A DNA stretch of 64,000 bases from NCBI RefSeq assembly GCF_009914755.1, contig NC_060935.1. One strand, given 5' to 3'. This DNA comes from the human T2T-CHM13v2.0 reference genome, Homo sapiens. The notes under the pieces were generated by a model. That model ran no database searches and was not told the DNA's origin. It saw only the letters and a list, made by a program, of their open reading frames with translations. Of this stretch, positions 1 through 12,638 are shown piece after piece. Position 1 is the first letter of the stretch. Each line of letters begins with the position of its first letter. The position numbers were made by a program, and so were the translations under genes.

Positions 1-1204
1 CCTCTACCTGCAGCTTGGTCTCTGGTTTTCAAATTCTGTAGAAATTTTTACAGCTGTTTGACTTCCTTAGACATGAGACATGTACTAGATGGCAATAGCA
101 GGGGACGTATCCCCTACACTCCTGTCCTGGTCCAATGCCTAACCCATGGGGAACACTCAATACATTTATTTGAACTGAAATGAACCTGGTTGGTGGGCGA
201 GGCCGCTAGGGGTAGAGGCAGTTGGGGAGGAAGGTGGCAGCCATGTGCATGTTGGAGATATGTGAGTAGCTTTAGGTATCTGGACCCCAACCAGCCCAGT
301 GAAAAGAGGGTAGAGATGCAAGACCTGTAGATATGATATCAGAGGGTGGCAAATAATCTGGGTCCCTAGCATGCTGGGCAGCCTGAGGCGACGGTCCGGT
401 CAGCCAGGCTCAGCCAAGCCCCTGAGAGCATCTCGCAGGAGGTACCGTTCTGTCCCCAGCTGAGAGGCACTAAGGCTTTCCCAGCAGAGGTTCAGCCCTA
501 CCAGAGCCGCTCAGGGGAATGTGCAGAAGGAGGACAAGGGAAGCAACTACCTGACATCACTCTGCCCTGCTTGTCAAGACAAAACAACATGAATATTAAT
601 TTCTCAGGCATAATAAGGTGTGGAGGAGCAGGAGTGGGCAGGGCCATTGTGTGGGAGGCTGCTCCTTCCTGCCATTTGTCACCGGCAGGAGTGATAGATG
701 GTTCTTCCAGGCAGCTTCCCAATTAGATGGATACAGCCACCCCAATTAAGAGCACGTTGGCCATCTGCTTCGCAGGTACGATGGCATTAGGTGCTTTGGA
801 CGGGGCTCAGGCCAGACTTTGCAAGACACTAGAGGAGGCAGGAACGCTCACATACACATCGGTGAGCAGAGGCCACAGGCATCACTGAGGCCAATGCCTA
901 GGCCTGTCAAGAGGATTGTACCTGCAGATAATCTGCCAATGTACTTACAGCCTTTTGCCAGACTCACTACCAATAACTAACAATTCTCTGTAAGACAGTG
1001 GCTCTTGATTGGTGAGCATCAGAATTATCCAGGGAGAGTGTTTAAGAATACCACTCTCCCGACGCACCCCAAACATTCAGAGTTGGACTTTCCACACTTG
1101 ATCAGGGTCCAGGACACCTGGGTTCCACTTGATTACGGCTAATTAGGTTATTTATTTAATGAACAGCTCATTAAGATAGTCATCTGAAATTTGAAGTGCT
1201 TTCA

Positions 1205-1335
1205 ACAACTTTCATTCATTCTCTCATTCATTCACGTAAGATTTTTAGAGCACCTACCAGATGCTAGGCACTATTCTAAGTCCTGGGGATACACCAATGA
1301 ACAGAGCAGAAAAAACCCCCTGCCCCATTCAATTT
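1205..1335 (-). mobile_element. L2 LINE 3' end fragment
   Basis: TTCATTCATTCA...GAGCACCTACCAGATGCTAGGCACTATTCTAAGTCCTGGGGATACA is the reverse complement of the typical L2 3' terminus. Confidence 0.75.
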
Positions 1336-1939
1336 GTTCATGTGAATACTTTCTTGGTGAGAGTGATTTCAGCTAGCACATAGTTTAGAGAGAATGCTGC
1401 AGAGGGAGGCAGATAGCTGAGTTTCAGGGTTAACCCGGAGTTGCAGAGTTGCGAGGCCTGCTCCTGAACTTTCTGAATGAAGCTTTGTAGCAAGCCTTTA
1501 AAAAAAAAAGTAACCAAGAAGGTCTGAAGATAAAGCAAGCCAACCTTTTCCTGCAGGAAAAGATACACGCATAGAAGATCTGTGCAGCTAGAGCTAATGG
1601 CAGCTTCCATGATGATCCCAAGTGGAATAACTATATAAGGTGTGGATTCTGACCCAGAGGAGTTTATAATCTATCCTGGGGAAATGAATAAGACCCAAGA
1701 ACAGAGAAGAATACAAACACACGATAAGAGGTAAAAAATTTTGTTGAAGGAGGGAGCAGAAAAACTTAAAGCAGCTGGGGCAGACTTCATAGCAGGCAAG
1801 TTGTAGGGTGTTGATTCAGGCCTGGAAGGATGGATGGGAGGGTCTGGACAGGTGGGAGATGTGGTGGGAGATAGGACAAGGCACAAGCAGAGTCTCAGCG
1901 GGCACAGCAGCAGGCTGGAGGCAGGACGCAGAGGCCAGA

Positions 1940-2100
1940 GCTGGAGTTGAGGCCAAACAGCCCTGGGTTTGAATCCTCCTTTTGTCACTCACTGGCCGTT
2001 ATAGCTGTGGAGAGGATACTTATCCCCCTTTTCCAGGTGTGGAAACTATGGGTAAGAGACATTGACAGCTACCTTGAGTTTTCGTGAGGATTAAAGGTTT
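1940..2100 (+). mobile_element. MIR SINE fragment
   Basis: CCTGGGTTTGAATCCT near the start and GTGAGGATTAAA near the end are MIR hallmark words. Confidence 0.65.
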
Positions 2101-2639
2101 TATATCTCAAGGACCTGGAGTGCCCCCAAGGTGCTGGATGGGTGTGTTTCGAGCTTACTAGGTCTGAGATACAATGGGCACACAAAATGTTTTTAAAGAA
2201 CTCCAAAACATTCCCTCTTTATCTCTCTTGGGACTGCAAAAAGTTGATGCACTGGAATGATTTGTGGCTTCACTATGAATGGAGTCCCCTTATCGCAGAG
2301 TTCATTATCAGAAGGCTTTAGTGGATATGAGAAATGTTGTTTCTTCAATTCTCAGGGACAGCTAAGCAAGCAATCTCAGAGGGGTTTTCCTAGACAAGGC
2401 TTCTCTCCCTTTTGTTAGGGATGAAGAAGCTGGCAGGGGGACACCCCCCAGCAGTGCTTCTCACCACTGTAAAGCTGATAGAATATTAGATTTTCATGGG
2501 TCAACGGATAAACACAGTATATATATATGTAACTTCCAACCAACATCCCTTCCTTTGGAAAGGGCTTACCTGGCCATTTTTGGATATTCTTGCTTTTTAA
2601 CCTGGGACCTTGTAGTTTTCAGGAGAAGTGGCATTTGAT

Positions 2640-2731
2640 ATGTGTGACCTGGGCAAAAATTATTTAACTATTAGGGTCCCCAGCTCCCTCATTTATAAAA
2701 GGGGAGACATCATTATTCCCATCTTATAGGG
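2640..2731 (+). mobile_element. MIR core, interrupted by MLT1D (resumes about 3241-3275)
   Basis: TGTGTGACCTGGGCAA...CTCATTTATAAAAGGGG matches the MIR core; GAGTTAATGAGAGAATG after the LTR continues the MIR. Confidence 0.65.
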
Positions 2732-3240
2732 TGAGGTAGGCAGAATAATGTACCCCCTCCTAAGACATCCATGAATGTGTGAATGTGAATGTGTTATGTT
2801 ACACGGCAAATGGGAATTAAGTTGCAGATGAAATTGAGGTTGCTAATCAGCTGAAATTGAGATGAGGAGAGTATCCTGGGCCATCTCGGTGGCCCAATGT
2901 AATCACAGGAGTCCTTATAAGTGGAGGAGAGGGACAGCAGAGTTCAGGTCAGAATGACGCAGGGTGCAAAAGATCCCACCAGCCCTAGTTGGTTTGGAAG
3001 ATGGAGTTAGGGGACATATGCCAAGGAATCCAGGCAGCCTCTGGAAGGTGGAAAAGGCATGGAAGCAAATTCTCCCTAGAGTTTCCAGAAGGAACACAGC
3101 CCTGCAGACACCTTGATTTAATTCCAGTGAAATGCATTTTGGACTTCCGACCTCCAGAACTGTGAAGATAGTTAATTAGTGTTGTTGTGAGTCACCCCAT
3201 TTGTGGTGAGTTGTTACAGCAACAATGGGAAGCAAATGCA
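2732..3240 (+). mobile_element. MLT1D-type MaLR solo LTR
   Basis: TG...CA ends, about 510 bp. Diagnostic words include GGCAGAATAATG, GTTGCTAATCAGCTG, CCCAATGTAATCACA, CCAGAAGGAACACAGCCCTGC and CCTCCAGAACTGTGA. Confidence 0.85.
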
Positions 3241-3279
3241 GAGTTAATGAGAGAATGACATATTACAATGCTTTCTTGA

Positions 3280-3450
3280 TCTGTAACCTTGGGCAAGCCC
3301 CTTGATGTCTCTGTCCCTCAGCTTTCATAAGTATAATATGGGAATGATAAGAATGGATATCTTATGGAATTGCCTAGTACACATGAAGTGTTGGAATGCT
3401 GAGACATAGTAAGGGCCCTGGAAGTGTTGGCTAACGGTATTACTATTATA
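3280..3450 (+). mobile_element. MIR SINE
   Basis: CTGTAACCTTGGGCAAG...CTCTGTCCCTCAG core, a CATAGTAAG tail and a TATTA-type end. Confidence 0.65.
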
Positions 3451-3721
3451 TAATTACTATTATATAAAGCACATAGATTGGCCATGTAGTATGTTCTCAA
3501 ACATAACTATGCTTATTATTTGTTGTATGGGAAGGAGAAGGAGCCTTGGTGAGTGCTCTAGAACTTCTAATTTCAGTAGCTCTGCTTACAATGTAGGCAC
3601 ATATCACAAATTTCAAGGGGCCCTGCCCTTTTAGGCTTTGCCCAGTTCCTGTTTTAATAGGAATTTATATGTTTCCTTAAGAAAGGTGATCTGACCCTGG
3701 GGACTTTTTGCAACTCATATA

Positions 3722-4201
3722 GTATTGAGGTTTTCCTTTCACTGTTGTACAACAAACTACCCCAAAACTTAGTGGCTTTAAATAACCACTATTATAGCTC
3801 ATAATTCATGGGTTAGAAATTCAGGCAGGGCTTGGTTGAGTGGCTCTTCTGCTCCACGTGGCATCCACTAAAGTCATTCAGAGTTACTCAGCTGGTCTGA
3901 GCAGGAGGGAGGGTGAGGAAGCTGATGTCTGGGTTGGGCTGGCCGGAAGAGCCAGGGTCTGGCCAGTGTTGTTCTCTCTCCACGGCCTCTCCAAGTGGCT
4001 TGCTTGGACTTCTTCAGAACGGGGCTTCTAGTAAGTTTCCAGAGACTCACACCTGCACCAGGAAACTCACACAGTGTTATATCCACTGTATATTATAGGT
4101 CAAAGCAGTCAGGTATACCATATGGATTCAATGGGATCCAATGACCCCACCTCTTAAAGGGAGGAATGTCGAGGAATTTGTGAGTATCTCCAGTCCACCA
4201 C
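3722..4201 (-). mobile_element. MLT1 (MLT1H-like) MaLR solo LTR
   Basis: AACAAACTACCCCAAAACTTAGTGGCTTTA, AAATTCAGGCAGGGCTTGG, GGTCAAAGCAGTCA and CCCCACCTCTT..GGGAGGAATG are antisense MLT1 words. Confidence 0.75.
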
Positions 4202-5484
4202 TCATCTTTAATACTCGCTGGAGTATTTAATACTCACTGGAGAGAACTGAGGGAGTGAGAAACAGATGAGATGTGAGAGACTAAACGGTCCATCTGAGGC
4301 AACTCAGCAAATCCAGAGTCCATGGGCCTGCCTCACACTAACCATTCTGGATTCTACTAACATTGATTATCTACCATTTAGAAGGACTGGTGCTAGGTAC
4401 TTTCATATACTTGATGTCTTTTGCTGCTTTGAAATGAAAGCATTATACTTCAGCTAAGGGATAAACCAAAGCCTGGAGGACAAGTGGGGGTGCAATTGAA
4501 AGTTGCTCATCTAACCTCCAGGGCCTTTGCTTTTCATTACAGGCTCATATAACCTGGTCTTTATGCCTCCATTTTTTCTGACTCTAGGCAGGCAGAATGG
4601 CCTCAGCAGGAATGCAGCTATGTTAGACATCTGTGTCCTGGGAGACCCTGGGGCACTTTGAATCCTGGTCAGAATGGACCCTAAATGAGCTCATGTTTCT
4701 AAAGTGCTCTGAGCTCCTCAGAGAGCAGAATCCATTTAACTCCAGAGCCTGGATGGTCTCATTGGTGGGTCCCTGCAGTGGGGGACATGGTTTGTCACTG
4801 CTAGCACCAGGCTGGGACCTTGGATAAATAGGGGGAAATCAGTCTCCAGGCTTCTCTATCTGCCATCTTTTCAGCCACAATAAATTAATCTTCAGAAAGA
4901 TAGAAAACAACAAAAGAAGGGAGAGGGGAAAAGAAACAACGACCTATCTGACAAGTCTGAAAGGAAAACAAGCTTTCTGCTGCTACAGTGCCCCAGGTGA
5001 AGTAGGGGGCTCAAGCTGGCAGGTGGGTCTGAAGGAGCAGACGAGGCACCCTGGTGCCAAGCACACTCTGGGAGGCCGGGACAGGTGGGCAGGGACCAGG
5101 TGAAGAGCCAGGGGGTATCTTGCTGGAGCTACCTGTAGATTGTTCTGGATTTGTTAGCATCTCTCAAAATAAGATCAACTTGATGCTGATTAAAGCTGAA
5201 ACACCCCACAAGCCTAGCATGCTGAGTGTCTGACTCTAGGGCCCCTGAACAAATTGTTTTCCCTTTTCATGCTGATCTTTGTGAACTCTTTGGTTCAGCG
5301 TGGCTCGCCCATGGGGACAGGGCTGGAAATGGAAGCACAGGTTTCCTCTTGGCACCTAGCTGTCAGAACTGTCCCCAGGCATCCCAGCAGGAGGGAGACA
5401 AACAAGCATTCTCATCCGGCAAGCTGATGTCTGCATATGCAAATGGACTGAAGGACCCTCAGCCTTGAATCCTATTCAGAAACA

Positions 5485-5649
5485 GTCTACAGAGTGCCTA
5501 CCTGTGCCAGGTGCATTCACAGAAATGATTTCATTTCATACAACAGCTCTGTGAAGCAGCTAGGTATTATTTACCTAAGATTTGTTATAAGGACGCTCAA
5601 GTTCAGGGAGGGTAAACAACTCACCCAACGTCACACATCTAGCTGTGGC
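5485..5649 (-). mobile_element. MIR SINE, interrupted by a MER4A LTR (remainder about 6272-6335)
   Basis: GAGTGCCTACCTGTGCCAGG...AACAACTCACCCAACGTCACAC is antisense MIR. Confidence 0.65.
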
Positions 5650-6271
5650 TGAGACAGGTCTCAATCGATCCAGAAAGTTTATTTAAAGACGCATGCCCAG
5701 GAAGTAGGTCTGTGCCTTTTTCCAAAGATGATTTTGAGGGCTTCAATATTTAATGGGGAAAGGGACGATGTTAGGAAAAGAGGAAGAAATTTTTAAAAGG
5801 TGTGGGTAAATCAGAGACAAATGGTTGCATTATTTTGAGTCTTTGATCAGCCTTTCACTGAATACACAATTATATGTGAGAGAGGGTAGAAGAATAACCA
5901 TTTATGCCTTGGTCTAGCTCAGTAAATCTGCATTTTTACCTGAGAGGAAGCAATCAGATATGCATTTGTCTCAGGTGAGCAGAAGGATGACTTAGAGTTC
6001 TGTCTTTTGTCCCGCACCTGTGAAGACAAGCTATTGATTTACACTGTCGGAGGTAAAATTCAACAGAACCATTTTAGGGTAAAGATCTTGAGGCCCACAA
6101 GGAATTTCCTCTCCTAGTGGACAAATTGTGAGGGACGTATGTAGCCTTTTTAATCTTTGTAGTTATCTTATTTAGGAATAAAATGGGAGACAGTTTGACT
6201 GATGCAGTTCCCAGGTTGAATTTTCCCTTTGGCTTAGTGATTTGGGGGTCCTGAGATTTATTTTCCTTTCA
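5650..6271 (-). mobile_element. MER4A-type ERV1 solo LTR
   Basis: The reverse complement begins TGAAAGGAAAATAAATCTCAGGACCCCCAAATCACTAAGCCAAAGGGAAAATTCAACCTGGGAACTGC, matching the MER4A start. The other end has ATTGAGACCTGTCTCA. Confidence 0.85.
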
Positions 6272-6436
6272 TAGTGATTTCCAATGATAAATATGGGCTC
6301 CTGACCCAGTCTAGGGTACTTTCCACCAACCAGTAGCTACAGGTAATCTGGCTGTATGTAGACCAATCAAAATGAAGCGCTTGGGCATAAAATGCCTCTT
6401 GAAATTATGCTTCATGTCTGTGCACTTGAACTAGGA

Positions 6437-6911
6437 CAGGAATTTTAAACTTTGACAGCCTGGTGACGCTATGACCCCCTTCTCAGAATAATGTTTTAAA
6501 ATATGAATATAAAACAAAATACCTAGGATTACAAAAGCCAGTTATTACATTGAAATACAATTATAAAAATATTAAAAAACAAATTTGTGGTATGGTAATG
6601 TGCCTTCTTCTTTATTAATACAATGAATAATGAGATCTAGCAAAGGTTTAATAATGACTGTAATTTCAAGTAGTGATGAGCATAAATAACATTTTGAGAT
6701 TTCTGCAAAAACATTAACATGATCTGAATATACCTGAGATTTGAAATGGTGATAAAAATCACAGGCTACTGCTGTTACCACTGGGTTTGTTGTCTATACT
6801 TACAAGGAAAGGGAATACTACATTCCTGTTAGAAGTTACTGAAAATAAAATGCGATCTTTTTCCACCATCCAGGTTCATTGGTCCCTTTGATTCCCTTGG
6901 GTCAAGCACTT
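6437..6911 (+). mobile_element. hAT-Charlie non-autonomous DNA transposon (Charlie4a-like)
   Basis: GACCCCCTTCTCAGAATAATGTTTT, TAATTTCAAGTAGTGATGAGC and TTAGAAGTTACTGAAAATAAA match the consensus; the terminal inverted repeats are degenerate. Confidence 0.7.
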
Positions 6912-7035
6912 TATGTATTTTTACACATTTAATCCCCACAGCAACCCAATGAGGTAGGTACTTCCACTATCCTCGTTTCACAGATAAAAAAACTGGGGCA
7001 CAGAGGGATTAAGTAACTTGCCCAAGGTCACACAA
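6912..7035 (-). mobile_element. MIR SINE
   Basis: ATTTAATCCCCACAGCAACCCAATGAGGTAGG...AAACTGGGGCACAGAGGGATTAAGTAACTTGCCCAAGGTCACACA. Confidence 0.85.
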
Positions 7036-7199
7036 GGCCGCCGAGTTGATACATTAATCAGGTCGTCCTTTTCTCTCCAAGGGGGGATTCTGCAACCCTC
7101 TTGAGGAATAATCATGTCAAGGAGAATCTTCCTTTTGGATTTTTCCCAGTTGGGTTCAGCCTTTTCTAGTCACTCCCCTTCCTGCAGAATTTGTCGAGT

Positions 7200-7515
7200 G
7201 CCGGTCCTTCCTCTCAGCCTGGTTAGCTCCTAGTCATCCATCAGATGCCCCCTTTCCAAGGAAGGCTTGAATAGTTCCCCACCCCATTACGCTTGCCCCC
7301 AGCTCTTGGATGTCTTCCCCATGGTATTTGTGAAACCTCTGTCTGTGTGGTCATTAAGTTAACACCTGCTTTTCTTGCTAGATAGTGCACACATGGGACA
7401 GAATTCTGCCTGGTTTTGATGATCTCTATATCCCTAACACCTAACTGTCTGTCCGGAAAAATTTAGATGCTCGGTAACTGCTTGCAGATTGAATGAATGG
7501 AGAATAAATGAATTA
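7200..7515 (+). mobile_element. L2 LINE 3' region
   Basis: Degenerate L2 3' UTR ending in ...TATCCCTAACACCTAAC...TGAATGAATGGAGAATAAATGAA. Confidence 0.6.
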
Positions 7516-8275
7516 CTAGTCACAGATGTAAAACTGATTTCCTCATCATGATTACTGACTTCCTTGATTTCCCATATGACCATGCAGCCAATCATCAGCT
7601 ATTTTTTTTATTGCTGTTTATTAAGTGGGTCCCTTTGTCTCTCTGGCCTTCAGAGCATCATTCTTTCTCTCCTGTGAACCTTCTCCAGTTTTTTAAAACA
7701 TTATTTCTGCTTTCAACTTCCTCTCAGCCTGCTTTGATCTTCCACGTTCTGCGTGGAAGTTATTTCTGCTTTGAACTTTCACGGCTAAGAAGTTTTGGGA
7801 AATACGTGTTGGAGGTGTTGGGAGGTATGACTCCACACAGAAGCTCGCTCTCCTCCAAAGTTCTGTGTTCTGGTCTGCGGCAAGGTAGAAGCCTATGGGG
7901 TTTCAACCTGACAGCACCATTTCTACTCACCTCTAAGAATGTAGCTGTGAGACAGGATTCAAATGTTTAGACTGGCAACAAATGAGTATCTATCACGATG
8001 CTTAAAGTGCTCTCCCCCAAAACAAATGTTGTCATTAGGACATTTAATTTCTGACTCTAGAGTCTCTCCTGCAGAGGGAAGACTTTCTTCCTCAGCTTCT
8101 TTGCTGCAGTGCTGAAAATGAGGCAGAATAGCAGAGGTCATCCCCCTCCCTTTTCAGGCTGCTGGGATTATGGTGGGCAGAGGGCTTTCCTTGTTCTGCT
8201 TTTGGGGTGCTCCCCACCCAAGCTGCCTTTAATTTTGTCTGTATTTTCCTGTTTTACTGCTTGGTATTTGGATAA

Positions 8276-8653
<378 letters not shown>

Positions 8654-9084
8654 GATTCAGAGATTTTATTACATTTTGGGGGGCAATTTAGATTACCTTA
8701 GAGAATGATAATATTGCCTCTTCTAGGGGTGAGAAAAACAGTAATGCACTTTCGAGGATATTCATTTGAACCAGTTTTGAAAATAATTCTAAAGGATTTC
8801 TAAAACCATATAATGTATGGCTGCACCATTACATAGGTGGGCATATCCCAAAGTGACTGCCTTAAAGTCGGTAACAATCATTTGGGTATGTAAGTTTAGG
8901 TGTGTCATTTACTTTGACTTGCACCTGCGTAAGTGAAAGGAGTTCCAGGTATGGGAAGGAGATCTTCAAATGACAGGCAGCAGAGAGGGGCAATTTTCTT
9001 CCTGTTTTTATCTGAACTACTCTGAAAGAGGAGAGGGCACTGCCTTGTCATCTGATTGCCACTGGATAATGTTCCGATAAATGA

Positions 9085-9320
9085 CACAATGGTAAGAGCA
9101 TTGGGTTTTGGAATTAGAATGACTTGGATCCAATCTTAGTGGATTTGTGACCTTGGGAGCAATGTGACTTATCTTTTCTGACACAGTTTCTCATCTGTAA
9201 AATGGGGATAATATGACTTACCTCAAAGATTATTATGACCATTAAGTAAAATAAAGTATGTGAAGCATTTAGTAAAGTGCATGACATACGGTAAATATTT
9301 GCTAAATGCCAGTACTTTTA
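9085..9320 (+). mobile_element. MIR SINE, near full length
   Basis: TGTGACCTTGGG...CAGTTTCTCATCTGTAAAATGGGGATAAT...ATGTGAAGCATTTAG. Confidence 0.85.
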
Positions 9321-10009
9321 AAAAGAGGTAATTCATCCGATTCTTCATCACCCATGCTGTTTATTACTCAGTTTACTGAGTGCTTTAACAAGCAGGGTCC
9401 CAGTTAATCCCAACGCCCACCCCCTAGAGGGCACATTCTTTTCCCTATTCTGAGCTGAGAAGCCATGCTGGCAAGGTGATGCGACCTGCTTGAGGTGGCC
9501 CAGGTAGTGGCAGGGAGGAGAGGTCTGAAAGGCAGGTCTCCTGGCCTCATCTGGGGTGACTTTCCCTACATCAAGCCTTAGTCCCTCCTACAAAGTCATC
9601 TTGGAAGTCACTGAATAAGGGGATCTGGACTTTTTAGAATGTGGCAGTATAAAATAATATGGAATTCTAAAAATGAGTGTGGTTGTCTAATGTGATTGGT
9701 AAACAGCAGGACCAGGGGAGTGGGGGGCAAGACAGGTGTCAACGCAGCAGACATGAAGGGTGCACTCTGCTGGGTACAGATCTGCCCTCACTGGACCCGA
9801 GAATGGTGCTTCCTTAGGTCTGCATCCCTGTCCTAGTCTTGCACGTAGGCTCTGCAGTCACACTTAAGAATGCCTGATCAATGGCAGCTTCTGGAAAGAC
9901 TGCACAACCTTTAAAAGTGCCAGCTTTGAAATGCATCCCCATCTAGGTGTCTTAGTTCTAAGAGTTTTTATTTATTTAATTTTTATGTTTTTAAGATCAG
10001 AGCTTAGCC

Positions 10010-10440
10010 AGACTGAGTAGTTGGGTTCCCCTGAAAGTGGTGGTGGTAGATTGGGAGGTGATCCCAGGAAGCAGATCTGAAGGAGAGGGGACAGTGAGAT
10101 GGGAAACCAGGAGAAGCCAGCAGGAGAGACAGTATTGAGGCCACTGGTGTGATTCCTCTGGACCTCTGAGGAGGTCTACAGAATGCCTCCCAAATTTGTC
10201 CCTGAAGGACAGGAGGCTGGAGAGCTTGTCTGCCTGCAAGTGTTCCCTGAGCAGTAACTTCTGGATACCTGGGGAATATTTGCATGAAGGCTGAGGGGAC
10301 ATCCATGGTGCTGGCGAAGGCTCCAAGGTGGGAAGGAGCAAGATGGAAACAGGAGGAGGAGAACCTGAGCTCCTGTGGAGTGTCCATCCCAGTTCAGGCT
10401 AAAAATCAGTGGTGGATCAACAGGATCTGTCACGGGTGCT
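10010..10440 (-). mobile_element. LTR16-family ERVL LTR
   Basis: GTTGGGTTCCCC..AAG, TTGGGAGGTGATCCCAGGAAGCA and GGGACAGTGAGATGGGAA are antisense LTR16 words; boundaries are approximate. Confidence 0.6.
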
Positions 10441-10789
10441 AATGGCAAAGCCGAGAGGGTTTTTCTGCATCTCATAAAAGGTAAAGGGTAAAAGTTACAA
10501 GACAAGGAAATAGATGTGAAAAAGAATCAATTTGCAGGTACAGCATTCATGAATCAATAACTTTTGCTAATCAATCCTAGTTGGTTAAAAAGATCTTTTT
10601 GACCAAGATCCACCCACTAGATTCCATAGGCATTAAGAATCCAGCTCAGAGGTAGAGTAAGCTGCCTGTGTGATTTCAAGGACCTCAGTGTGGTCTTGTG
10701 CCCCAAACTACCTTCTTACCTGCCCTGGAGTTACTTAAAATCCTTGTCTTACAGATGGACCCTTTGCATTGGGAAACCTACTTCCCAAT

Positions 10790-11130
10790 GTTCATGTGTT
10801 CATTTACATTGTCATTCATCAAGAAATAGTTAGTGAGAACCTACTGGGTGCCAGGGACCAAGCATAGGGACTATAGTGTGGTCAAAATAGGAAGAGGAGA
10901 GGTAAGAATGGGTATGTTTGAAGAGCTTACAGTATACATAGGAAACAAGGAAATACACATGTGAAAACCTTTATCATTAAAAGGCAAACTCTGATTAAAT
11001 GCTAAGAGAGTGTAACAGAGTCAGACAAGTGCGACGGGAATGTAGAGGGAGGGTTTCAGAAGACTGGATTTGCCAAGAAAGGCTGTTGGGAGGGAGTGAG
11101 TTTTGTCCTGAGCCTGGAAAGATGTGCATA
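10790..11130 (-). mobile_element. L2 LINE fragment
   Basis: CATTCATCAAGAAATAGTTAGTGAGAACCTACTGGGTGCCAGG...GAGCTTACAGT. Confidence 0.65.
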
Positions 11131-12174
11131 GTCTTTCCACAGTTATTTCTCTAACCACACAAGCAATCTGCCTCTTTTGTTTTTCTTCCAGACTAAACCT
11201 TTCAAGGTACAAAAATAAATCCAAGAGTATGGCATTAATAGCCATGTTATGATCTTAAACCTTTGGTTGCCTTGCAAAAGAAAAAAAACCCATCCCCTTA
11301 CTGCTGGAAATCACATCGCTGGCTTACCTGGAAGTTGTTCATGAATGAACAACCCTTGCTAATCACTCTGGTCAATATTTATCATAGGTACATTTTACAA
11401 GATGAATTCTGTCACCAGTGTTGGCAGCTTCTCACCAAGTCCCACCAGCAGCTGCAAATATTCATTAATAATATTTTGTTTGGGTTCCCACTTGCCACTT
11501 TCCATCCTCCTGCTTCATAAGTATGAACAGCATCATTACCAAGTGGCGCCCACAGAATGGAACACAAAGGCAACTTGGAAATTTTAATGAAAACAGATGT
11601 TGAGAAATGCCATTATCCCATGCACGCTACAATAAATAGCATTAACATTTCTAAGTGACAGGCCTCTGAATTGGACTGCAAGGAGCTCACATTTACAATT
11701 AAATGAGGGACTTATCCTTTTGCATCCCTGGATTCTACAGGTGGCTCGGTGACAGTCATCTCTTAGTGTTTCGATTTTAGAGCGGCTGTTAAGAGCCAGC
11801 TAAGCAGGGATTGGACAGGCAGGCACTTAGGAAGGTGTTCGTGCCAGATGCATTCATTGTCTAACTGCCTGGATGCAAAACTAACTTAGCATAGCAGCTG
11901 AATGTGAAAGCTCTTGAAATGATTTCTTCTCAAATAGTGCACTCCCTGTGCCAAGGAGGGGTATCATTGTTTATGTCACTAATGACTACATCCTGGGCCT
12001 CCATGCATTTTGTAACCCCTGTTCCTTTATTAGAGCAATCAGAAAAAAGATCACATAATTACCAAGATGTTGCTTTATGGGCAAGGGGTACGGCCACATA
12101 TGCCTTCATTGATGTGAATAATACCACCCTGGGCATTACTATCACCCAGATTTCACAGATGCTAAACCCCCAGC

Positions 12175-12385
12175 ATGGCAGTTAGGAGCATGGACTGTGG
12201 ATCATAGGAGATTGGGGTTGAAGCCTGGCACTGCTACTTATTAGCTCTTGGTTCTCAAGCAAATTGTTTATTTTGTATGGGCCTCACTGTCTGCACCTGT
12301 AAAACAGGGACAGTGATATTTACTTTCAGGATGTTGGGTAAGTATCAAATACCCGGCATGATGCTCACTGATAGCTGTTGGCTTA
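12175..12385 (+). mobile_element. MIR SINE
   Basis: GAGCATGGACT...CACTGCTACTTATTAGCT...CCTGTAAAACAGGGA. Confidence 0.7.
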
Positions 12386-12540
12386 GGTTCAATTTTGAGG
12401 TCACTATTATCCCACCTATTCACTGGTGTGAGATCACCTTCACCAAGGTAATGTTCCATGAGGACGGTGATGGCCAGAGAAATGTTGGACTGAATCAGGG
12501 CACAGCTTTCTTGGAGGCTATGCTCAATATTTATTGTCAA

Positions 12541-12601
12541 TCTCTCTGTCTCTCTCTGTCTCTCTTTCTCTCTCTTAAGTCAGTCTCTCTGTCTCTCTCT
12601 A

Positions 12602-12638
<37 letters not shown>
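12541..12638. repeat. (CT)n-rich imperfect microsatellite
   Basis: About 100 bp of interrupted TC dinucleotide repeat, directly visible. Confidence 0.95.

Noticed and set aside
1545-1562. Perfect 18-bp palindrome CTTTTCCTGCAGGAAAAG that resembles a splice acceptor on both strands
   Set aside because: About 0.25 such palindromes are expected by chance in 64 kb, and I found no convincing partner donor.
11334-11353. Inverted repeat GTTGTTCAT-GA-ATGAACAAC
   Set aside because: A 9-bp stem is within chance expectation and too short for a pre-miRNA.
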